From a virus (Duplodnaviria; Heunggongvirae; Uroviricota; Caudoviricetes), in IMG/VR virus record IMGVR_UViG_3300046542_000616: 32,000 nucleotides of DNA; one strand, written 5' to 3'. The notes under the pieces are model-generated. The model saw only the letters and a list, made by a program, of their open reading frames with translations. It was not told the origin of the DNA and searched no databases. The position numbers were made by a program, and so were the translations under genes. The stretch's first letter is position 1; every line of letters starts with the position of its first letter. Positions 22,972 through 30,675 of the stretch are shown here, piece by piece.

Positions 22972-22988
22972 GTTGTTGAAGAAAGGGG

Positions 22989-23441
22989 TCACGCCACCGC
23001 AGAGAGCCGGGTCGAGGGGATGAACTGAATGATCCGATCACCCAGTGTGCTTTTCGCCATCTCTTTGGCAATCAGGTAGTTTTCTAGGTCTTGATCACAA
23101 AGCTGCTGATAACCAAACCAGCCTTCACAGGCTTCCACACCGGCCTCATAGGCGATGCGCTCAGCTTCCGACCCCTGCTGAACCTTGACGAACACAAAAC
23201 CCTGTCCGTCTTCCTGACCAAAAGCCACTTGAGCGATGCAGGAACCTTGCTTGGCTTTTCTGATTTTGCACTCGTCGAAGCCAACAGAATCGTCGACACC
23301 ATGCAGGAAGGCACTGACTTCAGCGTACGTCTCGAAACTGAAGGTCTTGACGTCGTTGAGGACGTGGATGTTCTGGAGGCCGTCTTGCTCGAACATTTTG
23401 ACCGAATCAGCGGAGAAGATGACGCCGATGGTGATGCTCAT
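22989..23441 (-). CDS. acidic ORFan (150 aa), paralog of the N-terminal domain of 20088..20795
   Basis: AAGGA RBS. Conserved blocks are listed under 20088..20795. Confidence 0.7.
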   Translation of the reverse strand: MSITIGVIFSADSVKMFEQDGLQNIHVLNDVKTFSFETYAEVSAFLHGVDDSVGFDECKIRKAKQGSCIAQVAFGQEDGQGFVFVKVQQGSEAERIAYEAGVEACEGWFGYQQLCDQDLENYLIAKEMAKSTLGDRIIQFIPSTRLSAVA

Positions 23442-23498
23442 GATAATTCCTTTTGTGAAGTGGTGGCTCGGTCTGGCAGGGCGCGATTGTGATGTAGG

Positions 23499-24023
23499 TT
23501 ACTGAACAACCTCAAGCGGTAGCTCATACATTGGGAGTGTCATGCAAGGGGTCTGGTAAATCCGCATCACGACCTTTCCTCCATAGACCTCGATGGCCAC
23601 GAAATTGTCCTTGCACATCTCACGAAATTTGAAGGTTCGAGAAGCCGTGAATTTGAGTTTGATGCACACGTCAGCACTGAAGCCGCCTTCAACGACCTCC
23701 ACCCGGTGGTCAACGTGAAAAATAACCGTGTCCTGGCTTGGCCCGCCGACCCTGTAGTAATCGAACGATGCGTTCAACGCCTCATCGTGTTTGCGGTATC
23801 TCAAGTAAAGGGCAGGGTCGTAAAAGCTGAAGGCGTAGCGCTCTCCTGTACGCATCAGCACCTGTCGAACGGGTCGACTGTAGAGGTAGGTGCCAAACAC
23901 GGTGTCAGGATCGCTTGCGATGCTTTTGGCAGACGCTCTCTCTCGCTGCAGCGTATGGCCACCCATTGAATAGAAGTGCGGTTCTTGTCCTGGTTTTTGA
24001 AAGACTGAAGTGAAGTGGCTCAT
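23499..24023 (-). CDS. hypothetical protein (174 aa)
   Basis: GGGGGA lies 6 nt upstream of the ATG. Confidence 0.7.
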   Translation of the reverse strand: MSHFTSVFQKPGQEPHFYSMGGHTLQRERASAKSIASDPDTVFGTYLYSRPVRQVLMRTGERYAFSFYDPALYLRYRKHDEALNASFDYYRVGGPSQDTVIFHVDHRVEVVEGGFSADVCIKLKFTASRTFKFREMCKDNFVAIEVYGGKVVMRIYQTPCMTLPMYELPLEVVQ

Positions 24024-24051
24024 GGTCTATCCCCCGGTCTGATCAGTTGGA

Positions 24052-24633
24052 TTACTTCGACGCGGCTTCAAAATCTGCCTTCATAAGCGGGTTCACCCAC
24101 TCGGCGTAATCCAAGTGTTCCGGGCAGTTCTCGCGAGGGTAGCCGTCTACCTCAAAACCGTCGCACTTCTCCATGAATTCAAACATCGGGTGGCCAACGT
24201 GGCTGGCAATCTCGTTGAGCAGGGACAGCGATTCCTGATTGAAGCCAATGGTCTTGTCAGCGACCAGCGTAATCCCCTGTAGCAAGTTCTTGACCATGAC
24301 CTTGAAGCGGTCTTGCGGTTCTTCGCCGGGTAGCAGCGTGACAAAATCACCTGCAAGATGGGTTTCATTCTTGTAGTCATTGGCTGGCTCACCCTCGACC
24401 TGGATCACCGGGTAAACGCCATAGTACAGGCCGTCGAGGTCTTGAACCTGGATGTCAGAGATCATCTGATTAGGCGTACCAGACACTAGGCTGTAAGCCA
24501 CCATGCCTTGGCGGTAAAGGTCAGGGAGGTGCAGATCGTTGGCTGCGCGAGCGGCTTGCTCGGGCGAATTGGCAAGAATGCCACTGATGGCAAAACGAAC
24601 GGTCTGGAAAACATCGACATTGTAGTGCTTCAT
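24052..24633 (-). CDS. hypothetical acidic protein (193 aa)
   Basis: ATGA overlap with the upstream gene. Confidence 0.7.
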   Translation of the reverse strand: MKHYNVDVFQTVRFAISGILANSPEQAARAANDLHLPDLYRQGMVAYSLVSGTPNQMISDIQVQDLDGLYYGVYPVIQVEGEPANDYKNETHLAGDFVTLLPGEEPQDRFKVMVKNLLQGITLVADKTIGFNQESLSLLNEIASHVGHPMFEFMEKCDGFEVDGYPRENCPEHLDYAEWVNPLMKADFEAASK

Positions 24634-25007
24634 TGTGCATCACCTTCAGACGACTTGGCCTGAGTGCCGCCCAGCATGCGCTGACGGTGCTTGAGGAAGT
24701 TTTCGCTGGACTGAGCGTTTTTCTGGAGCCGCTCCTGCTCATGCTCCGCTTCAGTCTGTACTTCGCCTTCCAGGCCGAGTTCTTTGACCAGCTTGTCCAG
24801 GCCAGACCACAGGCGCAGGATCTGGTACTTGTCCATGCTGGCACAGCCGGTGATTTTTCGCTTGTCCGAACCGAGGCGAGTGGCCTCCACGATCATGCTG
24901 GGTTCGCCTTCATTCATGAACAATTTGAACGAAAGGTCGTCGCCAAGGAGCAACCTTTCCTTGGCAATGTCGGGGATGCAAGCGAACGGTACAGTTTTAT
25001 CGGACAT
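24630..25007 (-). CDS. hypothetical protein (125 aa)
   Basis: AGGAG lies 6 nt upstream of the ATG. First gene after the class-1 promoter at 25022-25062. Confidence 0.7.
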   Translation of the reverse strand: MSDKTVPFACIPDIAKERLLLGDDLSFKLFMNEGEPSMIVEATRLGSDKRKITGCASMDKYQILRLWSGLDKLVKELGLEGEVQTEAEHEQERLQKNAQSSENFLKHRQRMLGGTQAKSSEGDAQ

Positions 25008-25021
25008 GATCGACTCCTTTA

Positions 25022-25062
25022 CGGTATGCGTGCAGTATACTGTTAAGGAGTCTAGGGGGCAA
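25022..25062 (-). promoter_or_regulatory. class-1 operator/promoter
   Basis: On the minus strand: TTGCCC-N17-TATACT. Palindrome CGGTAT-N9-ATACTG (25022-25042). Confidence 0.65.
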
Positions 25063-25086
25063 ACTAATTTGGCGGTTTACTGCAAA

Positions 25087-25326
25087 TTACTTAAACAGCG
25101 CCGGGCGTTTGTGAGCTTCCAGTGCAGCCCGGTGCACGTCACTGCCACGAGCAGCCTTGAGCCGCACGTATTGCTCAGCATCTACGTCGCATTCAAATCG
25201 ACCCTTGGATGCATCGCGCACGATCATCACCTTTCCGGCAAAGGCGCCGGAGCTTTGAGGCTGCAGGTTCCAGCCTTCCGATTGGCCGGTGTGGTTTAGA
25301 CTGGAGAGGCATACGGTTTTAAGCAT
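25087..25326 (-). CDS. hypothetical protein (79 aa)
   Basis: ORF lies 10 nt downstream of the preceding gene. Weak RBS. Confidence 0.55.
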   Translation of the reverse strand: MLKTVCLSSLNHTGQSEGWNLQPQSSGAFAGKVMIVRDASKGRFECDVDAEQYVRLKAARGSDVHRAALEAHKRPALFK

Positions 25327-25336
25327 TGGGGTTCAC

Positions 25337-25678
25337 TTAAATCAGAGGTTTTGGCGGCTGGTGGTTGCAGGCAATGCCGCTGTCATTCATCAGTGGGTGG
25401 AAGCTTTTGATCTCGCGGCCACAGACTGGGCAGCACGGGGTCTTGTCTGAGGTGATGCCGTCCGTGGGCACCAGATAGGTTCCTCTGGAGCTTCCACCGA
25501 CTTTCACGCGAATTTGCTTAATCAGCTTTTTCTTCAGCAGAGCCTGAAGCTCTGGCGATTGCTTGATGATCGGCGTGTGGCTCCGGTTCACCCGAAAGCC
25601 AAAATTACCGGGATGTGCACGAAAGCGAACCAGCTCAAGGGCCAGGGCTCGACGCTGCGTGTTGTTCAGAACTTTCAT
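25337..25678 (-). CDS. hypothetical basic protein with a C-terminal Cys cluster (113 aa)
   Basis: CCPVCG...C.H suggests a zinc ribbon, and the basic N-terminal half may bind DNA. This is inference. Confidence 0.65.
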   Translation of the reverse strand: MKVLNNTQRRALALELVRFRAHPGNFGFRVNRSHTPIIKQSPELQALLKKKLIKQIRVKVGGSSRGTYLVPTDGITSDKTPCCPVCGREIKSFHPLMNDSGIACNHQPPKPLI

Positions 25679-25797
25679 CGGTAGGCCTCATGCCATGCCA
25701 CCAACTCTAAATGAGATGAGTGGCTAATTGATATTGCGAAGTCTATGAAAATTAACGATAAATTGAAAGTTAATTACGAAAAATTGTCAGCCGTTGG

Positions 25798-26625
25798 TCA
25801 GGCTGCCACTGAGGAGTTCGCCCCCTTCGCGTAGCGGCCTCGACCGACCCGGCGCGTCCTGATCTGGCAGATCTTGCGCACCTGTTCTTTCCAGTTAGGG
25901 TTATCGGTAGGGCGCCGGTCGCTCACGTACTCGTAGATCTGCGGCAAGTCGGCTTCACCGCCGAAGGTATCCAGAGCTTCCAAGACCAGCTCCGGCCATG
26001 TCGACCGACCGTGCACCAAGGCCTCTTGGACGTCCTCTGGCAATTGGCTGATAAAGGCCTGCTCATGGAATAGGCTAAAGCCAACAAGCAGGCGCTGAAC
26101 GTCCTTGCGAAAGATAGCAAAGCACAGCGGCTTCTCAAGGCCGGGGTAGATGTTGCGCGGGATCATTTCCTGGTACAGGCTCCACCGCTCGTTGTAGCGC
26201 GATACACGGCTGGCTGTCTGGAAGAAATACGTCGGCAGGATCATGCCCACACGTCCATCCATCGCCATCGCTTGGTCAGCCTTGGCCAGGAACAGGTCAA
26301 ACAAAGCGGTCTTGAACGGCGGGTTGCCGATAAACAGCGTGGGCTGGCCGGGGATCACGACGTCACGAATGTCGCCGGTGATGATCTGGCGTCCCGAGCG
26401 CTCTCGGGCGATCTGTGCCTGCACAGGATCGATCTCAATGCCAAAGGCTGGCACATGGGTCGGTATGGCCTCCAGAAAGCGCCCAGGGCCGCACATGGGC
26501 TCGCACACCAGATCATTGGCCGTCAGGTCGCTGAAGTGTTTGCGCACCAGTGCCTCAGCCACCCATGCGGCGGTGAAGTACTGATCGAGCTGCCGGGTCT
26601 TGGTGCAGGGAGTCGAAGGTTTCAT
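25798..26625 (-). CDS. N6-adenine DNA methyltransferase (gamma-class motif order), no adjacent restriction gene recognised
   Basis: AdoMet motif I EPMCGPGRF lies about 55 aa before catalytic motif IV NPPF. QYFT near the N-terminus. ATGA overlap with the upstream gene. Confidence 0.9.
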   Translation of the reverse strand: MKPSTPCTKTRQLDQYFTAAWVAEALVRKHFSDLTANDLVCEPMCGPGRFLEAIPTHVPAFGIEIDPVQAQIARERSGRQIITGDIRDVVIPGQPTLFIGNPPFKTALFDLFLAKADQAMAMDGRVGMILPTYFFQTASRVSRYNERWSLYQEMIPRNIYPGLEKPLCFAIFRKDVQRLLVGFSLFHEQAFISQLPEDVQEALVHGRSTWPELVLEALDTFGGEADLPQIYEYVSDRRPTDNPNWKEQVRKICQIRTRRVGRGRYAKGANSSVAA

Positions 26626-27290
26626 GGCTGCCCCTTGGCCGCTTCGCGGGCATCGTGCTTTAGGTCGCTGACCTTCATCATGAAGTACACATCAAACTCA
26701 GGCGGCATAGGAAACATCGTGCCTTTAGGCCCGGCGCAGCCCATGCAGACTTCCGACTTGAGCACCATGAATTCTTCCAGTGTTTTGACTGCTTCAAGTC
26801 GCGCTGCAATGTGCTCTCTGAAATATACCTGGCTCGCACGGTGGGCCTGATCGGTCGCAGCGGCCAGACCGGCCAGCGTGGTCAGATCAAATTCACGATT
26901 GGCGACCCGCTTGAGCAACTCGTCGCGTTTTTCCGCCAGGTCTTCGGCGCGTAGATCAACCTCGTACTCGCCGCGCTCTTTAAAGCGAAGCACATCCCCC
27001 TCGACAGTGATGGTCGGCACATCATGGCCAGGATGCGCCAGAGCGAAAGCTTGCCGATACTGCTCGATCAGTTCTACTGGATTGTGATGGCTCTTGGATC
27101 GCTGAAGCAGGGTGTCACGCATTTGCGCCAATGCTGCTGCACGGAGTTTTTTCTGAATGGCGAACATCCCGAACGAATACCGATACCAGCCCTGATGGAA
27201 TTCAATGACGGGCAGGGGTGCATCCGGGTTAACGCGGCGAAACGCCGAGAGGTAGCTTTCAATCAGTTCTGCGGGGGATTGTCTGGACAC
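26622..27290 (-). CDS. hypothetical protein with an internal tandem duplication (222 aa)
   Basis: AAGGAG lies 6 nt upstream of the GTG at 27290. The module (S/N)P.ELIE.Y..AF...P...P.I occurs twice. Confidence 0.7.
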   Translation of the reverse strand: MSRQSPAELIESYLSAFRRVNPDAPLPVIEFHQGWYRYSFGMFAIQKKLRAAALAQMRDTLLQRSKSHHNPVELIEQYRQAFALAHPGHDVPTITVEGDVLRFKERGEYEVDLRAEDLAEKRDELLKRVANREFDLTTLAGLAAATDQAHRASQVYFREHIAARLEAVKTLEEFMVLKSEVCMGCAGPKGTMFPMPPEFDVYFMMKVSDLKHDAREAAKGQP

Positions 27291-27300
27291 GGGTTGCTCC

Positions 27301-27996
27301 TTAACCGAGGTTGCCAAAAGTCTGCATGTCCCAGCCTTCCGGGCCGATGGCGGCAAATTTGTTCACAAAATCACTGATCGGCGTCGGGTAATCCGAAACT
27401 TTCAACACTAACCCGATCTCAAGGACGGTGTGGACGCAATGATCAAATTCATCGTCATACCGATCATCGTCGACAGAAGGGCAGAGCGCATCCAGATCAA
27501 CCTGCAAAGGGAGAAAATCATCGCTGCCTTCATCGCGAAGCAGATTATCAGCAATGATTTTTAGCTGCGCAACGCTGATAGCCCCAGGAAACACCACTTC
27601 GCTATCGGACTTGTAGTTAGCGCCGTCGCGGTACTGGTAGATCAGTCGCGTATTGGCTGCTGGATTACCGGCAAGCGCGGAGAACGATTTCAGGTTAATG
27701 ATGTGTGTCGAGTCTTCAAGGCTTGTGGCTATGTCGCGTACGGCGATCATGCCTGGCAGGCACGCCAGTGAAAGCTCACCAGAGCTTGACTCAATGACCG
27801 GAAATTTGATGGAAGTGAATGTGAACGCTAAATGCCGAGATGTCAGCGACTGAACAAAGCATTCTTCTTCATCTGGATTTTCAATGACACTGATCACACC
27901 AGTCTGTACGTCAACCGTGCACGCTCTGACGATGGTTTTGCCACCATCCCATAGGGACACTAATTCAGCGTGGATGGGGAGGGTAGAGAGTGACAT
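27301..27996 (-). CDS. hypothetical acidic protein (231 aa)
   Basis: GGAG RBS. First gene after the class-1 promoter at 28011-28051. Confidence 0.7.
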   Translation of the reverse strand: MSLSTLPIHAELVSLWDGGKTIVRACTVDVQTGVISVIENPDEEECFVQSLTSRHLAFTFTSIKFPVIESSSGELSLACLPGMIAVRDIATSLEDSTHIINLKSFSALAGNPAANTRLIYQYRDGANYKSDSEVVFPGAISVAQLKIIADNLLRDEGSDDFLPLQVDLDALCPSVDDDRYDDEFDHCVHTVLEIGLVLKVSDYPTPISDFVNKFAAIGPEGWDMQTFGNLG

Positions 27997-28010
27997 GACA
28001 AGCTCCTTTT

Positions 28011-28051
28011 CGGTATGTTTGCAGTATACCGTAAATTGCCATAAGTGACAA
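28011..28051 (-). promoter_or_regulatory. class-1 operator/promoter
   Basis: On the minus strand: TTGTCA-N17-TATACT. Perfect palindrome CGGTAT-N9-ATACCG (28011-28031). Confidence 0.75.
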
Positions 28052-28078
28052 CTAATGAGCTTGTTTATTGATTAATTG

Positions 28079-28366
28079 TCAGCCGTGGTACGGGCAAGGA
28101 TCACCCCTGCTTTCAAGGCAGCCATCGCAATGGGCCATGTCTTCGCTTTCGCATTCAAGCTGCCAGCCTTCCTTCCAAGAACCCAGGAGGAATGGCGTCG
28201 TGCGAAATAGCGGGGGCACCTCAAGAAAGCTGACATCCAACTGGCAATCCAGTCTGCCAGCGTCAAAGGCCGTGTGCTCGGCCTGGATCTGCATTTCTTC
28301 GTCACCCCAAATCTGTGCCACCTCATGCAGGCGGCGTGCTTCCAGGCAAGCCAGCAAGCTGCTCAT
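28079..28366 (-). CDS. hypothetical acidic Cys-containing protein (95 aa)
   Basis: GGAGG lies 9 nt upstream of the ATG. Confidence 0.55.
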   Translation of the reverse strand: MSSLLACLEARRLHEVAQIWGDEEMQIQAEHTAFDAGRLDCQLDVSFLEVPPLFRTTPFLLGSWKEGWQLECESEDMAHCDGCLESRGDPCPYHG

Positions 28367-28369
28367 GAC

Positions 28370-28588
28370 TTAGGCCCTCCGGTCGTACGGGGTTTTGGCG
28401 TCAGGGGACATCAGGCCGCGCTCAGCCTTGTATTTCATGATCTGCAGGTCGTTGACCATCTCGGCGCACTTGTCGAATTCCTGCTCATAGAGCGGGTTGA
28501 CGCTGTTGGTGGTTTGGTAAGCAGCGTTGACTACGAGGCGCTGGGCGGCAATGTCAGCTTCAAGGGTCATGCGTGTATGCGAGATCAT
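28370..28588 (-). CDS. hypothetical protein (72 aa)
   Basis: GGAG lies 9 nt upstream of the ATG. Confidence 0.55.
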   Translation of the reverse strand: MISHTRMTLEADIAAQRLVVNAAYQTTNSVNPLYEQEFDKCAEMVNDLQIMKYKAERGLMSPDAKTPYDRRA

Positions 28589-28620
28589 GTGGGAAACTCC
28601 GTCGTCTGCTTGATGTGTTA

Positions 28621-28977
28621 TCAGTAGTGCTCATGCCCGGCGCTGATGCCATGATCAAGGAAGGGCCAGCCATTTTTGGTCAGGATACCGGTCACTTCCA
28701 TGAAACCGCCCTTGGGATTCTTCCAGCGCACGTAGTAGCTGCGGTTTGCCGGGGATTCCTCGGCCTCATCCGTCATTACCAAACACTGCCATCCTTCCAC
28801 CGATGCCTTGAAGCCCGCATCATCCAGGCGGTTGAGCGCATAGCGGGCCAGGCGCTGGGCCAGGCCTGCACTGATCTGCTCGCTGGTCAGGTTAAGCCAA
28901 TCGGCCAAGCGTTGGCCCGCCATATTGAAGCGAGGTGGTTGGGCCTTATAGACTTCGGTTTGAATTGCCTGGGACAT
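28621..28977 (-). CDS. hypothetical protein (118 aa)
   Basis: GGTGA lies 5 nt upstream of the ATG at 28977. An alternative ATG is at 28989. Confidence 0.65.
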   Translation of the reverse strand: MSQAIQTEVYKAQPPRFNMAGQRLADWLNLTSEQISAGLAQRLARYALNRLDDAGFKASVEGWQCLVMTDEAEESPANRSYYVRWKNPKGGFMEVTGILTKNGWPFLDHGISAGHEHY

Positions 28978-28998
28978 TTGGGTCACCATCTATTTATT

Positions 28999-29039
28999 CG
29001 GTATATTTGCAGAATACCGTAAATTGACAGTAACGGCAA
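28999..29039 (-). promoter_or_regulatory. class-1 operator/promoter
   Basis: On the minus strand: TTGCCG-N17-TATTCT. Perfect palindrome CGGTAT-N9-ATACCG (28999-29019). Confidence 0.7.
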
Positions 29040-29072
29040 CTTAATTAGCGTAGAAAACCCTGTATTTACAGC

Positions 29073-29102
29073 TTGATATAAGGGTATGCGTATGGCATAC
29101 TT
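29073..29102 (+). promoter_or_regulatory. class-1 operator/promoter, divergent from 28999-29039
   Basis: TTGATA-N17-CATACT. Site GGGTAT-N9-ATACTT (29082-29102). Confidence 0.65.
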
Positions 29103-29127
29103 GTTCTAATTCAGGTGAGGGCGAGCA

Positions 29128-29676
29128 ATGGAAGTCACAGTTTTCAAAACGCCAAGCGGAAACATCCGTGGCTATGCCATCGAGATGATGGAGTTGAAAA
29201 AGGGCAAGAAAACCGCCGAAAAGCGGATCTTGCACGCACATATCTTCCAGAGCGATCCCCTGGATTTCATCACGGTCGAGCTACCCACCCGCATGTCGCC
29301 GGATGAACTGCGTGCCGCTGCCGCCAAGATGATCGACTTCGCCAATGAAGTGGAGCATCAGTACGACCTTCGCGATGCGCCGATCACCTACCAAGGCATT
29401 CTGGATGCCTACACGGTTCTTCTTAGGGCCAACCCTGGCAAAGCCTTGCGCATTTGTGAGACCAGCGACAATGCCATGGCCTTCCTGGTGGATGGCTCCG
29501 TCGTCAACGGATACCTTCAGTTTGACGGCAGTCTTTCTGTAAAAGACGCGAACGACTTCGATGAAAGCGCCTGGATCACCAAAGACGGTCGCTGGGACTC
29601 CGATGAGAGCCACGCGGTGACCATGAAGTTTGTCAACGAGCCGCAGTTTGTCGACTACAAGCGATCCTTGATCTGA
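29128..29676 (+). CDS. hypothetical acidic protein (182 aa)
   Basis: GGTGAGGG RBS, with a promoter directly upstream. Confidence 0.7.
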   Translation: MEVTVFKTPSGNIRGYAIEMMELKKGKKTAEKRILHAHIFQSDPLDFITVELPTRMSPDELRAAAAKMIDFANEVEHQYDLRDAPITYQGILDAYTVLLRANPGKALRICETSDNAMAFLVDGSVVNGYLQFDGSLSVKDANDFDESAWITKDGRWDSDESHAVTMKFVNEPQFVDYKRSLI

Positions 29677-29784
29677 TTCGAGCCTGAGCCGGGCACACAA
29701 GCAGTGCCTGGCCAGTGGAGGGAATCGTCACTTCCGTCAGGGCTAGCGATCTTCGCGTTTAACCAAATTCATGGAATAACCCGC

Positions 29785-30204
29785 ATGGCAAAGCGTAATG
29801 GGAAAGTCAGGATGTCAGGCGGGCTTAAGGCCAGGCTGGCATCCACAGTCCGGCAGAATCGCCGTGAAACGGTCTACAAGATGCTCCTGCGCCGGCAGGA
29901 CTGCGTCCCATGCTTTGTCTGTACTCGACACGTCGAGGAGCACAAAGCGAGCCTTGAGCACGTCATACCGCTGGCTCACGGCGGCACAGACGACATGGAG
30001 AACTTGTCGATTTCCCATACGCTGTGCAATCAGTTTCGCGGCGACCTGCTGGCTGACTCGGATGAGTTCATGGCCCTCAGGGCTGCGCTTATCGCAGACC
30101 AGAAATTTAATCCGATATGGGCCGCGAAATCATCGAAGCTCGAGCGGGAAGGTCGCAGGGCCAGTGCTGCCAATACACCTATAAATCAAACGACCCCGAT
30201 CTAG
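29785..30204 (+). CDS. HNH endonuclease-domain protein
   Basis: CFVC...LEHVIPLAHGGTDDMENLSISHTLCN matches the HNH signature (CxxC, H-N-H). Confidence 0.8.
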   Translation: MAKRNGKVRMSGGLKARLASTVRQNRRETVYKMLLRRQDCVPCFVCTRHVEEHKASLEHVIPLAHGGTDDMENLSISHTLCNQFRGDLLADSDEFMALRAALIADQKFNPIWAAKSSKLEREGRRASAANTPINQTTPI

Positions 30205-30279
30205 ATTCGGCGCATGCGCGGCTAAAGGGCCGGCGCGGCGCCATTCTAAACCTGGCTAAAAAGCGCAGGCAGCACAAAC

Positions 30280-30298
30280 ACCCGGCCAGGCCGGGCTT
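30280..30298. terminator. possible bidirectional hairpin terminator
   Basis: CCCGGCC-a-GGCCGGG with short T tracts on both strands. Confidence 0.3.
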
Positions 30299-30333
30299 TG
30301 GGCTCAAAAGTGCTGGCCAGCCAAATGACTAGG

Positions 30334-30654
30334 TCAACGCCATCCGAAGTGCTTCGTCACAACCTGCATCTGGATGTAGACCGCATCATTGTAGGTGTCC
30401 CAGGCATCCCAGGATTCAGGGGTGTCGAACTTATTGGATGGAGGCGCGGGCATCACAAGCCCCCAGGTTTCAATAACGATTTGCTCTACACCTTTGCCAT
30501 CTTTTGACTTCAGAGCGCAGGAGCCTCCACTGTCAATGTCGGTGCCACGGTACGGCTCCATCAGGACAGTGAGCATGTCCTTGTCTAGTTTACCCAGGTC
30601 ATAGGCACCGATCACTGTCGCTTCGAAAATGGTGTAACCCTTATTCCAGCCCAT
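30334..30654 (-). CDS. hypothetical protein (106 aa)
   Basis: ORF directly downstream of the class-1 promoter at 30676-30716. Confidence 0.65.
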   Translation of the reverse strand: MGWNKGYTIFEATVIGAYDLGKLDKDMLTVLMEPYRGTDIDSGGSCALKSKDGKGVEQIVIETWGLVMPAPPSNKFDTPESWDAWDTYNDAVYIQMQVVTKHFGWR

Positions 30655-30675
30655 TGTGATGCCCTGCTCAAGTTA

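Noticed and set aside
22829-23071. 80-aa minus-strand ORF spanning the 22947-22971 terminator.
   Set aside because: It crosses a strong terminator and the 3' end of the 22989-23441 gene, and its composition is Pro/Arg-rich and non-coding-like.
15535-29022. Many plus-strand ORFs of 100-250 aa inside the minus-strand block: 15535-15876, 16336-16857, 17496-17995, 18482-19045, 20831-21568, 21764-22264, 24633-25299, 26272-26850 and 28573-29022.
   Set aside because: Each lies antisense to a minus-strand gene that has a proper RBS, translational coupling, and promoter and terminator context. None has its own signals.
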